Shown here one piece after another: positions 1-12,000 of a stretch of 64,000 bases of DNA. Source of the stretch: Octopus sinensis (Eukaryota). The DNA lies in contig NC_043003.1 in the NCBI RefSeq assembly GCF_006345805.1, forward strand, positions 103,416,001 through 103,480,000, in the 5' to 3' direction. Made by a program: the position numbers and the translations under genes. Below the pieces are notes generated by a model that worked only from the letters and a program-made list of their open reading frames with translations, had not been told where the DNA came from and did no database searches. Position 1 is the first letter of the stretch; every line of letters starts with the position of its first letter.

Positions 1-3000
1 ATTACCAAAGTTGGAAAACAGCCTATGAAAATAGAAGAAAAGACACAAATCTCAACTAGGGAGGAGAAGGGAGTTTGTGTGAGTAAACATGGGAGAGATA
101 GTGCTGAAGAACCGCCTCCAGAAAGAGATAAACATGGATTTGGTGTTAAGCCACTGAATGACAATAATGATTCTCTTAGGATTTTTAGCGGTGCAGACGA
201 TATTGCCAACGCTAAATACAGAGGAATCAGACAAACCGAAGAATCCATCAAACATATTTCAAGATCTAACAGCGAGAACATTCCAAAGAAAGAAGTTGAA
301 GAAGCGGCCAGAATAAATGATGTTCCCACTCTGAGAAGTGATAACATCAAAACTGAGAACCAATATGTTGGTCGGGAAATTGATGGTGAGCAAAGCCCTG
401 GGGATCAATCGATAGAAAATGTCAGGAAAGATGACATTGAGGAAAATAAGAGCAAAAATATTATTAAATCAGATGAAAATCAATCCAGAAGGATCAATAA
501 CGATAAATCCAAAATCAAAGTTGATTCTGAAACCGACTTATCGTCAACAGTCAGGAAATCAGATTTGGAATCGACTGCAAATGACACTAAAAACATATAT
601 TCTTCAAAGCATCCTAAAAGGGAAAAAAGCGAAAAGTCTTGGAAGAAATCTCCTAAAGAGAAGACTGATTCTCACACAGCACATACAGATGGTAGTGCAC
701 AAAAGGAAATAGCCAAAAGCCAGCTTCCTCATCCTGAGAAAACAAAATCTACTAGACGCGAAAATATTGCACAAAAATTCGATAGGCCTGAAGATAAAAA
801 TGATGCAAATCTTGGTATTGGAGCTACTGAAAATAGGGAACCAATTCAGAAAGAAAAACCCGCTAAATCTGTGAGTGAAATGACTCAAATTTTCGATGCG
901 AGTGGCAAACATTTGGGTTATGTTAGCATGGAAGAGATTCTACGACTTCTTAGTGAAAAGCTGAATCTTCCAAGTGCTGTCAACTTGGATCAAAATACCA
1001 GTAAAGATGCCGCTACGTCTGTGACCAGTAGCTTACATAGAAAGATGGAAGGGGAACCAGCAGAAAAAAGTTTTAATGCAAAACATAGTTTGTCGTATGA
1101 GTCGAAAGATAAATTCGACAATGAACCCCATAGACATACCAGCAGTAAAGCTGATATGCCAAAGGAAAAAGAGTTTCGTGATCACTCGAAGATTGATAGT
1201 GGAGTTGACAACAAACACAGCAAAAAGGTTAGCCCTAAACATAGCAGTGAATCTAGCCCTGAGTCCAGCAGTGAGTCCAGTCCTGAAATCAGCAGTGAGT
1301 ACAGCTCTGAAGTGAGAACTGAATCCAGCTCTGAATCTAGTGCTCAGGCCAGTATAATAGATAAAAACGAACATCTCACTGTCTTAAGTGAGCCAACAAG
1401 TAATGATACAAGTGCTGAACACAGCGTTGAGTCTAGTCCCGAACTGAGCAGCGAGTGCAGTCCAGAACTGAGCAGTGAGTGCAGTCCAGAACTCAGCAGT
1501 GACTCCAGTTGTGCAGAACTCAGTGGAGAATCCAGTAGCCCTGACGTCAACAGCATCCCTAGTAGTGAGGCCAACAGTGAAACAGAATGCGACCGAGAAT
1601 TCAGTTTTGAACATAGCCGTGTATTGAATGAGGAAGATCAAATTAAAGATGGTGACACCAGTTCAGATTTCAAGCTCAACCTTGTTTCTGAGAATAAATC
1701 CAGTGATGATTCTAAGATTGACATCATAAGAATCATAGATAATGAAAATAGTGTAGATGTTCCAAATAAGGAAGACAGGACAAGCTGGTCCGAACGTGCT
1801 CCCAGCGATTCAGATATTGCTGCTAAGAATGAGAGTCTTGATAATCAAGTTGAAATCGATCATGAAACCAATATTGAAATTGTGAACAGAGATTTAAGCG
1901 AGAAACAATTCAAGGATTCCGAAGAGACCCTTGATACTGCTCACAAAACTGATAAGGAATCCAAACTCCAAACCAAAATTGATGCAGCTGATAAACGTAA
2001 AGTGAATTTAAGCCCAACTTCAACCGAAGAGAATTTAAATAACATGAGTGATTTAAAACATCATAGATCTGAAACACTTCAGGCAAGATCTACAGTTTCA
2101 GACGATGTTGGCGTTACGTCTAAGGAAGTTTTCACTGAATTTGGTCCAAAACAGAAACCAGACGACGTAAATATTGAACAAATTGTTTCTGAATTCGTTG
2201 ACAGTAAACGTAAGTCAAGTGAGTATGATCTCAGAGCTTCCAATCAAAACAGCAGCGATGGAATTTTAGCTAAAACGAATGATGCCAAAAATAGCAAAAG
2301 CAGCGAAAATATTAAAGCCATTGAGATTTCCCGGAGCAAAAGTGAAAGTATTGAATGCAAAGAGGAGAAAGAAAACAAATACACGGAGCCAAACAAGCCA
2401 AAAGTAATCAGGAAATACAGTAAAAGTTCAAAACATGTTGATATCGATCTTTTGGCAGACCAAATGAAGGAAGCAGATGCGAGCAACAAGACAGATAAAC
2501 TGGAAGATTCTGATCATATAGTTTCGGAACAAAATAAAGTAAAAGTTGACAAAGATGGGAAAAAGGAAGAAAAATCCCGGCCGCCGAAACAGAATCGCAA
2601 ATCAGAACAGAAAAGAAATAAGAAGAAAAATAATATAAATAAAACATCACGAAATAATGAAATCTTTAGTAGCGAGGATAACTCTGCTAAATCCAGTGGT
2701 GCTGATATTCCAGGTAAGACATCGTCTGAAAGACCTAAAAGAAGTGCGGTAGAATCTTCTGAAAGTGACGGTTCCAACAGTTTGGCCAATTCTACGAGTA
2801 AAGTTAACCGTAAAGTAGATTCGGACAACGAAAGAGATTATAAGAATAACATAACATCAGATAATTCTTTAAAAGAGCAATCTAGCGATAGCAGAAGTTT
2901 CGAAGGAATTTGCGATAGAAAGATTAAGCCACTTCCGGTTAAGGATGATGTTAAAAAGATAACAGGCCAGATTTCTCCGTCTGTAAACAATGAGCAAATT

Positions 3001-6000
3001 ATGAATAAGAATAGCATAAAAGATGATTCTACTGTACTGAATGAAAAGGAAAGCAAAATTATGGTGATTAAAGGGCGAGATAAGATTAAATGTGACATCA
3101 CATCATCATCAGATGATTCATCATCGTCTGCTAGTGTTGATAAGACAAAGCTTTCTAGGTCTGCAGCTGTTAATGTGAAAAAAAGGGTTTCGTTTGACTT
3201 GAAACCTGACATCAGCAAACATCCAGAAGATACAAAAGATAATGAACGTGTTTTGGATACGAAAAGCAACTACAAGGAGAAGAAACCTAAACACAAGTCA
3301 AAGACGAAAACTAGCAAAAATATCGAAAGCAGTTCTGCAGTAATCAGTGAAACTAGGAGTAAAGTAAAGTCAGAAGACTCTTTATTAACAAAAGAGAAGA
3401 ATGGAGAGGCTATTTGCACTGAGGAATCAAATAACGCTCCATCAGATATTATCCTTGCCGAAAGTTCGAATAAAGAAACGGAGGCAATTGATGGGTTAAA
3501 ATTCTTCGAAAGACATCAGGCCGACAACGAGGTGACGACATCCGTCAAAAAAGAGAAAGGAACCACACCCTTTAAAACTGAAGAGTCTAAAAAGTCGAGG
3601 AGTAGAAATATGACGGCTGGTGTAAAAATATCAGAAATCCAGAAAGCGTCATATCTTTCCAGTAAATTCGGGTCGATTCATAACGAAAGCAAAGAAGACA
3701 AACAGTTCAATTTGCCACATTCTGGAAGTCAAATAAAGGGGGAAATGCGTGAGGGATTAGGTGAATCAAATTTTAAACAAACACACGACCAAACAAACGA
3801 CACAGGGAACGAAAAAAAAGAGAAGGAACTAGAAATCGAAAATTTGAACGTCAAAGATCAGAATTATGCCAAAGATATCACCAAAGAAACGAAACTGGGA
3901 ACCGATACCAATTTGAAAGAAAACTGGGGGATTTCGAAAATGCAAAATGAAAATTTCGAAAATACATCTTGCCAAAAGATTAAGCAAAGTACTGTTGATG
4001 CTAGTGAGAAAGAACTTGATCAGGTAAGAGTGTATGAGACTATGTCAAACGGGACTGTCGCTGAAGTAAGAGATGCAGGAAAAGATGCTGTTAAAATAGA
4101 CTCTGTCAAAGACGAAGAGTCAATAAGTAAAGAGTTCAAAGAAAACAGCTTGTCAGAAAAGGAAGAAGCCAATTTCATCTCTTCATCAAAATCGGCCGAA
4201 TATACGGAAGTTAAAACCTCAAAGGAGGCAGTGGTGAAAGATGTTGAATTAGATGGAAATGAACAGAATGGCAGGGGTTTCTCGAATAGAGAGGGAGAAA
4301 GTTGTGCAGAAGCAGATATTGACAAGCTGAAAGTTGAACAAAAAAAGGTGGATTCGGAATCTGAAGTTCGAATTGTGAAGAAGGAAGCTCGAATTATTGA
4401 AGATCTTTGTAAATACGCGGTGGAGGGTATAACAGAACCGCTGGAGGTTCTAAATTCTCAGAATGTAGAAAACACGGAAATGTCGATGGAAATTGTCTAT
4501 GATAACGTAGCTGATGTCTCCATCGAATCTCATGAAGTTGTACAAATGAATGTTGGCGAAAGTCTTACCGATCCTGTAAACTTACATTGCAACGATCCAA
4601 TAGAGGACTTGACGACATCTTTGAGTGACCAACTGGAAGATATTCGGACGACGCCAACAGAGGTTCTAGAGAACGAGTTTAAGGAGATCTCGATTTGTCC
4701 CGATGATGTTTGTTGTAAATATTCAACTGAAATGTTTACTGATGTAAACAATGAACCAGAAGTCCTCCAAGATTCTGTATGCGTTCTGGAAGCAAACACC
4801 TTAGAAACACCAAAGGAATCAATAACCGACCAAAACGAGAGATTAGCAAAATTAACAGAAATTACAGATTATGAGGTTATACATGTTGGCGGTGGTATGG
4901 AGCTTAGTGTATCAATAGAACAAGCAGATACAGTATGTGAGGAGAAAAGAAATATTTCCGATGAGACCAAAGATTCTGAGGAACCATTAAAATCTCCACA
5001 AGAACTTTATTCCACAGAATCTACAGAGCCTCTACAATATGAAGAAGTCAGTAAACTTGTTACGGCGGTGACGAGAGCTCATTTCAAAGACTCGCCAAGT
5101 TATTTGATTGATTGTCTGAGCTGCTCAGGTGACAATAAAGTAGAATATTGTACAGATTTGGTGGACTTGGAGAACATAGACCACGAAGAAAACATCATAG
5201 AGATCACCGTCGTTGAACATTCTAGAGTAGAGGGTATTCCGATTGAAATGTTTGATGTTGCATCAATAGACGAAATCATAAGCTTTGTGAAACTTGAGAA
5301 TACGATCTCTGAAGATCCGATCCATGATTCAACCGAACATGTAGACATTGTCAAAGAAGTTCTTGCAAACGCTTCACTAGAACCTGAACACGTGCTCTGT
5401 CAAAAGATTACTGAAACTCTACTGGAATCTATAAAAAGTCAACAGAAACTGGACTCTCAATCTTCTTCAGTTGCCAGTCGAGAAGATGACTCCAAGAGTT
5501 TCACTGGTGACAAAAGCCAAGTAAGATCTGAAGAAAAATCTGAGAAAAATTACTCGCCCGTAGAGTCACAACAGTCACAGCGGACATCAAACGAATTAGA
5601 AGAACAGAGCGTAAAAGATTCTAAAGAACTTACTGGTAAAGTTAATGACAAAAGCATGTCTCTTTGCCTTGAAAGTGAACAACGAGGGGTTGATTCGAAA
5701 ATCACTACAGATAAAACTTCAAACAATTCAAGCTACCTATCACCGACAAATGTGAATGATTTTAATGAATCTGAAAAAGATAAGGAAACGTTAAAAGATC
5801 AAATTAGTTCAGATATTGAAACATCTAAATATAAGGAGAAATTGATAAATGAAGATAGCAATGAATCACTGGAAACAACAAGTTGTCAGGCAGTTGTGAA
5901 GGAAAAATCGACATGTGACAAAGATGGCGCTTTTAATGAGATTGATGATAAAGAATTAAAAACGAATAAAGATAACGATGCCAAATTGAGTGTAGAAATT

Positions 6001-9000
6001 GTCGGAGCTGATAAAGAACTAAGTAAAGCGGCAATAATTGAAGGAAAAAAAGAGAAAAAAGAAAAAGAAGAAAAAGCAAAAAGAGAAAAGAAAGAAATGA
6101 AAGAAAAAGAGAAACGAGAAAAGAAAGAAATGAAAGAAAAAGAAAAACAGGAAAAGAAAGAGAAGAAAGAAATGGAGAAAAGAGAAAAGCTAATGAAAAA
6201 AGAGAAGGAAAAGCAAGAAAAGATAGAGAGAAAGTTGCGGGAAAAAATGAAAAAAGAAGGAAAAGTTGAGGCAGAAATAATAGAGGAAAATAGGAAGGAA
6301 AATGAAGAAGCGAAGATTGAAGAGACAGAAATCAGAACAACTGACATTGTAGAAGAAAGAAAGAATGAAGGAGTAGAAAATATAGATGGAATAAATCTGG
6401 AAAATAGGGAAGAAAAAATAGAAAAGATGTCGGTCGTGAAGATGGAAGAATCTAGAAAAACAGAAGAAACTCCTGCTTTTGTCGAAAACAAAGAGAAGAC
6501 AATTAAGGAAGGGGAATTGTGGAAAATGGCATCGATCTTTGAGAGAACGAATGAGAAGGACTTTCAGGAAAAACAAACTGAAGAAGTACTGGTCGTGGAT
6601 GGAAAGGAGGGAAAGGAAAGGAAAGAAGAGAAAGCTGAGGTACTGTCAGTAGCAGAAAGAAAGAGAGAGAAAGGTAAAATAGAAGAAAAATCTAAAGACG
6701 TTTTGGTCGATAAAGGTAAAGAATTGAAGAAAGTTGAAGTCATCGAAGGAAATGAAGAAAATAAAATGAAAGAAAGAGAAAGTAAAGAGATTTCTGCGGT
6801 TGAAAGAAAGAGGGAGAAAAATGAAAAAGAAGAAAAGTACGAAGAAAAACAGGTCTTTGAAGAAAAGAAGGAAGAACTAAGAAATGAAGAAAAAACCGAA
6901 GAAGTGTTAATCGTTCGTGACGAGAAGAAAATAGAGCTAGGAGACAAAATGGAAAGGATATCATCGGTCGCTGACGTAAAGGAGAAACAGGCGAAGATAA
7001 TGAAAGAAATGAAGATTGAAGATGAGGCTGAGGGAGAAGGTGAAGGTAAAGTAGACAGGGAACGGGAGAAAATGAGTGGAAATGAACTTGTAAATTTGGA
7101 AAAGGAATCAGAAGTTATGGGGAATAAAGAGAGAAATAACAAGGAGGAGATAACTATGGATAAGAGAGAGAAGCATGATCAACAGCAGTTGTCACTTAAG
7201 GATCGTAATGAGGAGGAGGAAGAGGAGGAGTTTTACGACAGTGTGGACATATCACCACGGGAAAGTGCAAACGAACTCCCTGCTGAATTGCGTGAACAGA
7301 ACGATAATCTCAAGCCTAACGAGAGTTCAGTTAAAGCGCAGGATTTAGAATCGGTGACACCTCCTTCTTCAACTGAGTCACTGAAGGAATTGAAAAGTCC
7401 CTGTTCAGATAAAGATGGCACTCTGAGCAACATTCAAGAGAGTATTGCTGCTGCTGCTGTTGATGTCACTAAAGATATAGACATAGCAAAACAAGTAACG
7501 GAAACAGCAAGTAGTTCGTTACCGGATATTTCTGTGGCGTCATCTACTTCGGAAAATGACGGCTTCAAGGAACAAAGTACTAACAACAACAATATAGACG
7601 ATAGAGAAACTATGTTATCACAGCGTAACAGTAAACAAGACAGTAGTGGTTCAGATATTACTGATATAGCTCTAGCGAAGCAGGAAGAGGCTAAAGATAA
7701 CGATATCACAAGCATCAGTAAAGAAGTAAGAGCTACAACAGCAACAACAACAGCAGCAACAAAAACAACAGTCACAACAACAGTAGCAAAAATCGATGGA
7801 ACAGATCTTCAATCCAATGAAATTGAAGAGACTATTGATACCTCAGATTCAACAAATATCTTGAACACTGGACAAAACAAATATGTACCTCCTCAGCGTG
7901 AAAGCTGTGAAGATATGTCGTTAGCAGATACTAGTGCTTCGAGCGGAAATGAGAAAATAAGCTATGAAAAACCAACAGAACATAAGATCTCTACAAACAT
8001 GGAGGATGATGTTAAGGAAATTAGTTTTCCTGATAAAGTCGAAAACAACAGAGAAATTGTTTTGTTAGCTTCAGATAGTGAAGCTGAAATGACCGTCCCT
8101 GCTGAGAGTAGATCTGAAGAACAGTTGCAGAGTGCAGTTTGTGAAAACGCAAAACTAAACAATGACGAAATATTAGTACAACCTATTGTTGATGAATCGA
8201 AAGAAATTTCTCCCAGTATTTCAACGACTGATGACACTAAAGATGAAGTTGTTGCATCGACACAAGCAAACAACGTGTCGTCTGATTTAGTCGAAAAAGG
8301 TATACCTCATACGACGATTGAAAGTAACGAAGAAGAGGAGAAAACTCAAGCCACACCCACCAAAAGTGGTGTTCTTTATGCTGTTGATGCTCTAAAGAGA
8401 ATGTTTGGCTTTTCTTCGAGTGAAGAACTTGAAACATGTGACAAGAATAAAGAATGTATAATCACAAGTGAAGCCAGTGACAACAGGCAGCAATTGGATG
8501 GCAAAAAGGATAGTGTGTGTCACGATGAGGATAATATTTCTGTAGAAGTCGCGAAAGGAATCAATGAACGGGATACACCAGAAAATAAGGATTCCAAAGA
8601 CTCTGAAGTTGAATATTTTGACAAGAACGACGGAAGTGATAAAACTGATACATATTTAGAAGAACAAATATCACTTCAGCCAACGTCTATGGAAGATAAG
8701 AAAGAAGATATAAACAAAGCAAATAAAGACATTGAGATCGAATCTTCAAAAGAGGAAACCGGTGAAATGAAACACAGCGAGGATATTGTTAGTTCTGAAG
8801 GGAAAGATAGAATTATTCCTTGTGATGAAATAATACAGGTGTCGGAAGACGGAGATCATGCCAGCAGCGAAGACACAACAGATCAAGAAAGTAGCTCAGA
8901 ATCTTCAAAATCGGTAGAAGAATCAAACAGTGAAATAAGTGAACCAGATTCTGCAGAAAGTTCAGGAATTATTGCTGCAGATTTAGAAGAACTGCCTCCG

Positions 9001-12000
9001 TTTTCTCCTCAACAAACATCAGAGGAGAGAAATCTTGAAGATAGCGACGAAAAAGTCTTCAATGAGGAAGACCAGAAAGACACATCTCATGAAGAGTCAA
9101 AAGAATTTATAACCACTGAAGAGGGGGAAACAGAGCTCGAATTGTCGCCAGTTATTTCTAAGATTGATAACTTAGAAGATGGCTGCATCGAAAACACGGT
9201 CGAAATTACAGTCGTTACAGATGAAGATTTGTCCGGTGACTTGTTGCCGGAATCAGATATTCTCAAAAATGAAGAAGATGCAAGGGCTCAGTCAGTGGAC
9301 ACTGATGTTGACGCAGAATTTATTGTGACATCTTCTGGGTCCTCAGATATTGTAACACCAGAAGAGAATCTTGAATCTAAAATTAAAAGAAAGCCACCAG
9401 TTCCACTACCAAGAACAACTTCCAAGTCAGAAGCAAAGGATTCTAACAAGGAATCAGAATCATCTGAAGAAATCGAAGATTTAATAGACGCGGAATCAAT
9501 GAATGATTATACGGAAGATGGACAAACTTCAGTAGAAAGTAAAAGTAAAAAACCAGTTCCTTTACCAAGAAGTGGTGTTAAAGCGGCTGAAACGGTAAAA
9601 GAATCACCTGAAACTGACGAATCTATAGAGGAACAGTTCAGAGATCTTTCGAGCAGATTTAACATGTTGCCACCAGAAATGGGTGAGAAACTAAATTTCA
9701 AAAAGAAACCTCCAAAGTTACCGCCAAAATCTAAACTTAGTGGTGAACCAAATAGCACCGAAGAAATTAATTCTTGCGATGAGGAATCTGAAAATAATGA
9801 TTCTGAAGAAATTAAAGATATCAAAAGCAGATTAAGTATGTTGCCAGCAGAAATGGGTTTCAAACTTAATTTTAAGAAGAAAACTCCACCGCCACCACCA
9901 TCGAAACTTGCAACAAAAGAAGATAAGGCAGGTGAAATACCTGAAGCTGAAAGTGACGCTCATAATGAGGAAGAGAAGTTAATTGAAAATATAGAGATAA
10001 AGGAACAGGACAATAAAATCGAACCAATATGTTCTGGCACTGAAGACGCTGATGATGCACAAATGGATCTAAAACGAAGAATGAGTATGCTATCGGCAGA
10101 AATGGGAGTTGAAATTAATTTGAGGAAGAAAAGCCCTCCAAGTCCAGCACCAAAGGTAAAAAGGAGCGATAATTCAATTAACGCGGAAGAAAATAAATTA
10201 ATTGAAGGCGACAAAGGCTCTGAAAGTATTGACGGGTTGGAGCAAGTTTCTGATAACATCAATAATACGGACGATTCAGACGAACAATCAATGGATTTAA
10301 AAAGTCGGCTAAATAAATTATCTAACGAGATGGGAACTCAAGTAACTCTGAAGAAATCAGCCCCGGTACCGCCACCTAAATTTACCAAAGACAAAACGAA
10401 ATTACAATCGGAAGATGATGAAGAAGAAATGGATTTGAAGTCACGAATGAATAAACTTTCTTCAGAGATGGGTACTGAAATTAATTTAAAGAAAACCAAA
10501 AAACCCCCAGTGCCTTTACCAAAGACTGCAGCGGCAAAGATCAATAGTGTGACGGAGGTAGAGTCAAAAGATCCAGAGGAAAGTGGGGAGACCTCTTGTA
10601 CATTCGTTATTTCTACAAGTATTAATGACGTAGAATGTGATGAATCAGGTAGTTTTACGTTTGTAATCAACAGTGATGCTACGGAAGATCAAACCGTATT
10701 TGCAGTCAGCGATAGCTCTGGAACAAAATCTGAAACAACTACAGACGGTGACGTAAAAACAGCCGATAGCAGCGCAAATAAAGCAGAAGGTGATGATGAG
10801 AACTCTAACAGTTTTACTTTTACAATCAATGAAGTGGCTGATAGTGATCAACCGAATTCTTATGACATCACTATATGTCCTACAGAAACAAATGAGGCCC
10901 CAGTGGTGGAAGAGAAGAAACCAGAACCGGAAGTTAAAAAAGAATTAACCGCCGAAGAGAAGACTAAAGAGAGGTTAAAGAGAATATCGGAGATGCTGGA
11001 GGAGGAACGGAAGAAGCCGAAGGAGAGTGCTGTTGACGCCATGAAACGGAGGTTAAGTGGAAGTTTTCTGCAAGAGGAAGTAAAAGTCGATCCTGTCAAA
11101 AGGAGAAGCAGTCTTACCAGTAAACCGGCACCGAAAAAACTTGGCAATTTAGGAAATTTACAGAAGAAATTTGGCGCTGCCAATGCACCTGGAATTGACT
11201 TTGATTCTATGAAACGAAGATATGGTCTGTTACCAGCTAAAGACAGTGTCAAAAAGACGGCACCAGTTGAAAAGAAAGACAATAAACTATCTAAAGGTAA
11301 AGATTCGTCCGCTAAAAACGAAAATGTTGCTGTTGAAACCGAAACGAAAAATGCTGCCGAACCTTGTCCGATGACAACAGAAGACCAAGGAGACAAAACC
11401 AAAAATGCTGAAGTTAAGGTTGACCAAACAGATGGAACTGTTGGAATCGATGTAATCGAAGAAAAAGTAAGCGATAAAGGTAAGGAAGACGTAAATGAAA
11501 AGAGTAAAGTGGAAATGATCGATAGAGGCGAGGAGAAAGTTATCGATAAAGAAAAAACAGCTGATATACCTGAGAGTGGGGACAAACAGACGACTGTAGA
11601 AAAGAATGCCGATGACTTAAAATCTTCAAAAGAGATTATTGAACCGGAAGACAGTTCTAAAGAACTGAAGGCTGTTTCGTCTGAGCTCGATCGTAAAGAT
11701 AGTATTGATTCGAAAGAATTATCAAACCAGAAACGAGAAATCCCAGACGCTCTGGAAGAAACCGAATGTAAACCTGGTGTTAGTTTACAGAAATCTGATG
11801 AAGAAAAAATTATCGATAAAATTTCTGAAGTTAAAAGTCAGTCTAGTTCCGAAGAATTAAGCATTCAAAAACCTTTGTCTGTTACTGAAAGTACCGAAGA
11901 TGTCTCTAAAGTAGAAACCAAAGAGTCTCGGAAACTGGAGAATTCAGAAAAGCTTTCAAAGGCTCTTGAAAGTTCTTCAGATCTTAACAGGGATCAAAAC

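Noticed and set aside
25-27. ATG at 25 as the gene start and TGA at 17335-17337 as its end
   Set aside because: The frame is open from base 1, and a strong phase-0 donor at 17317 precedes the stop. A short read-through terminal isoform cannot be excluded.
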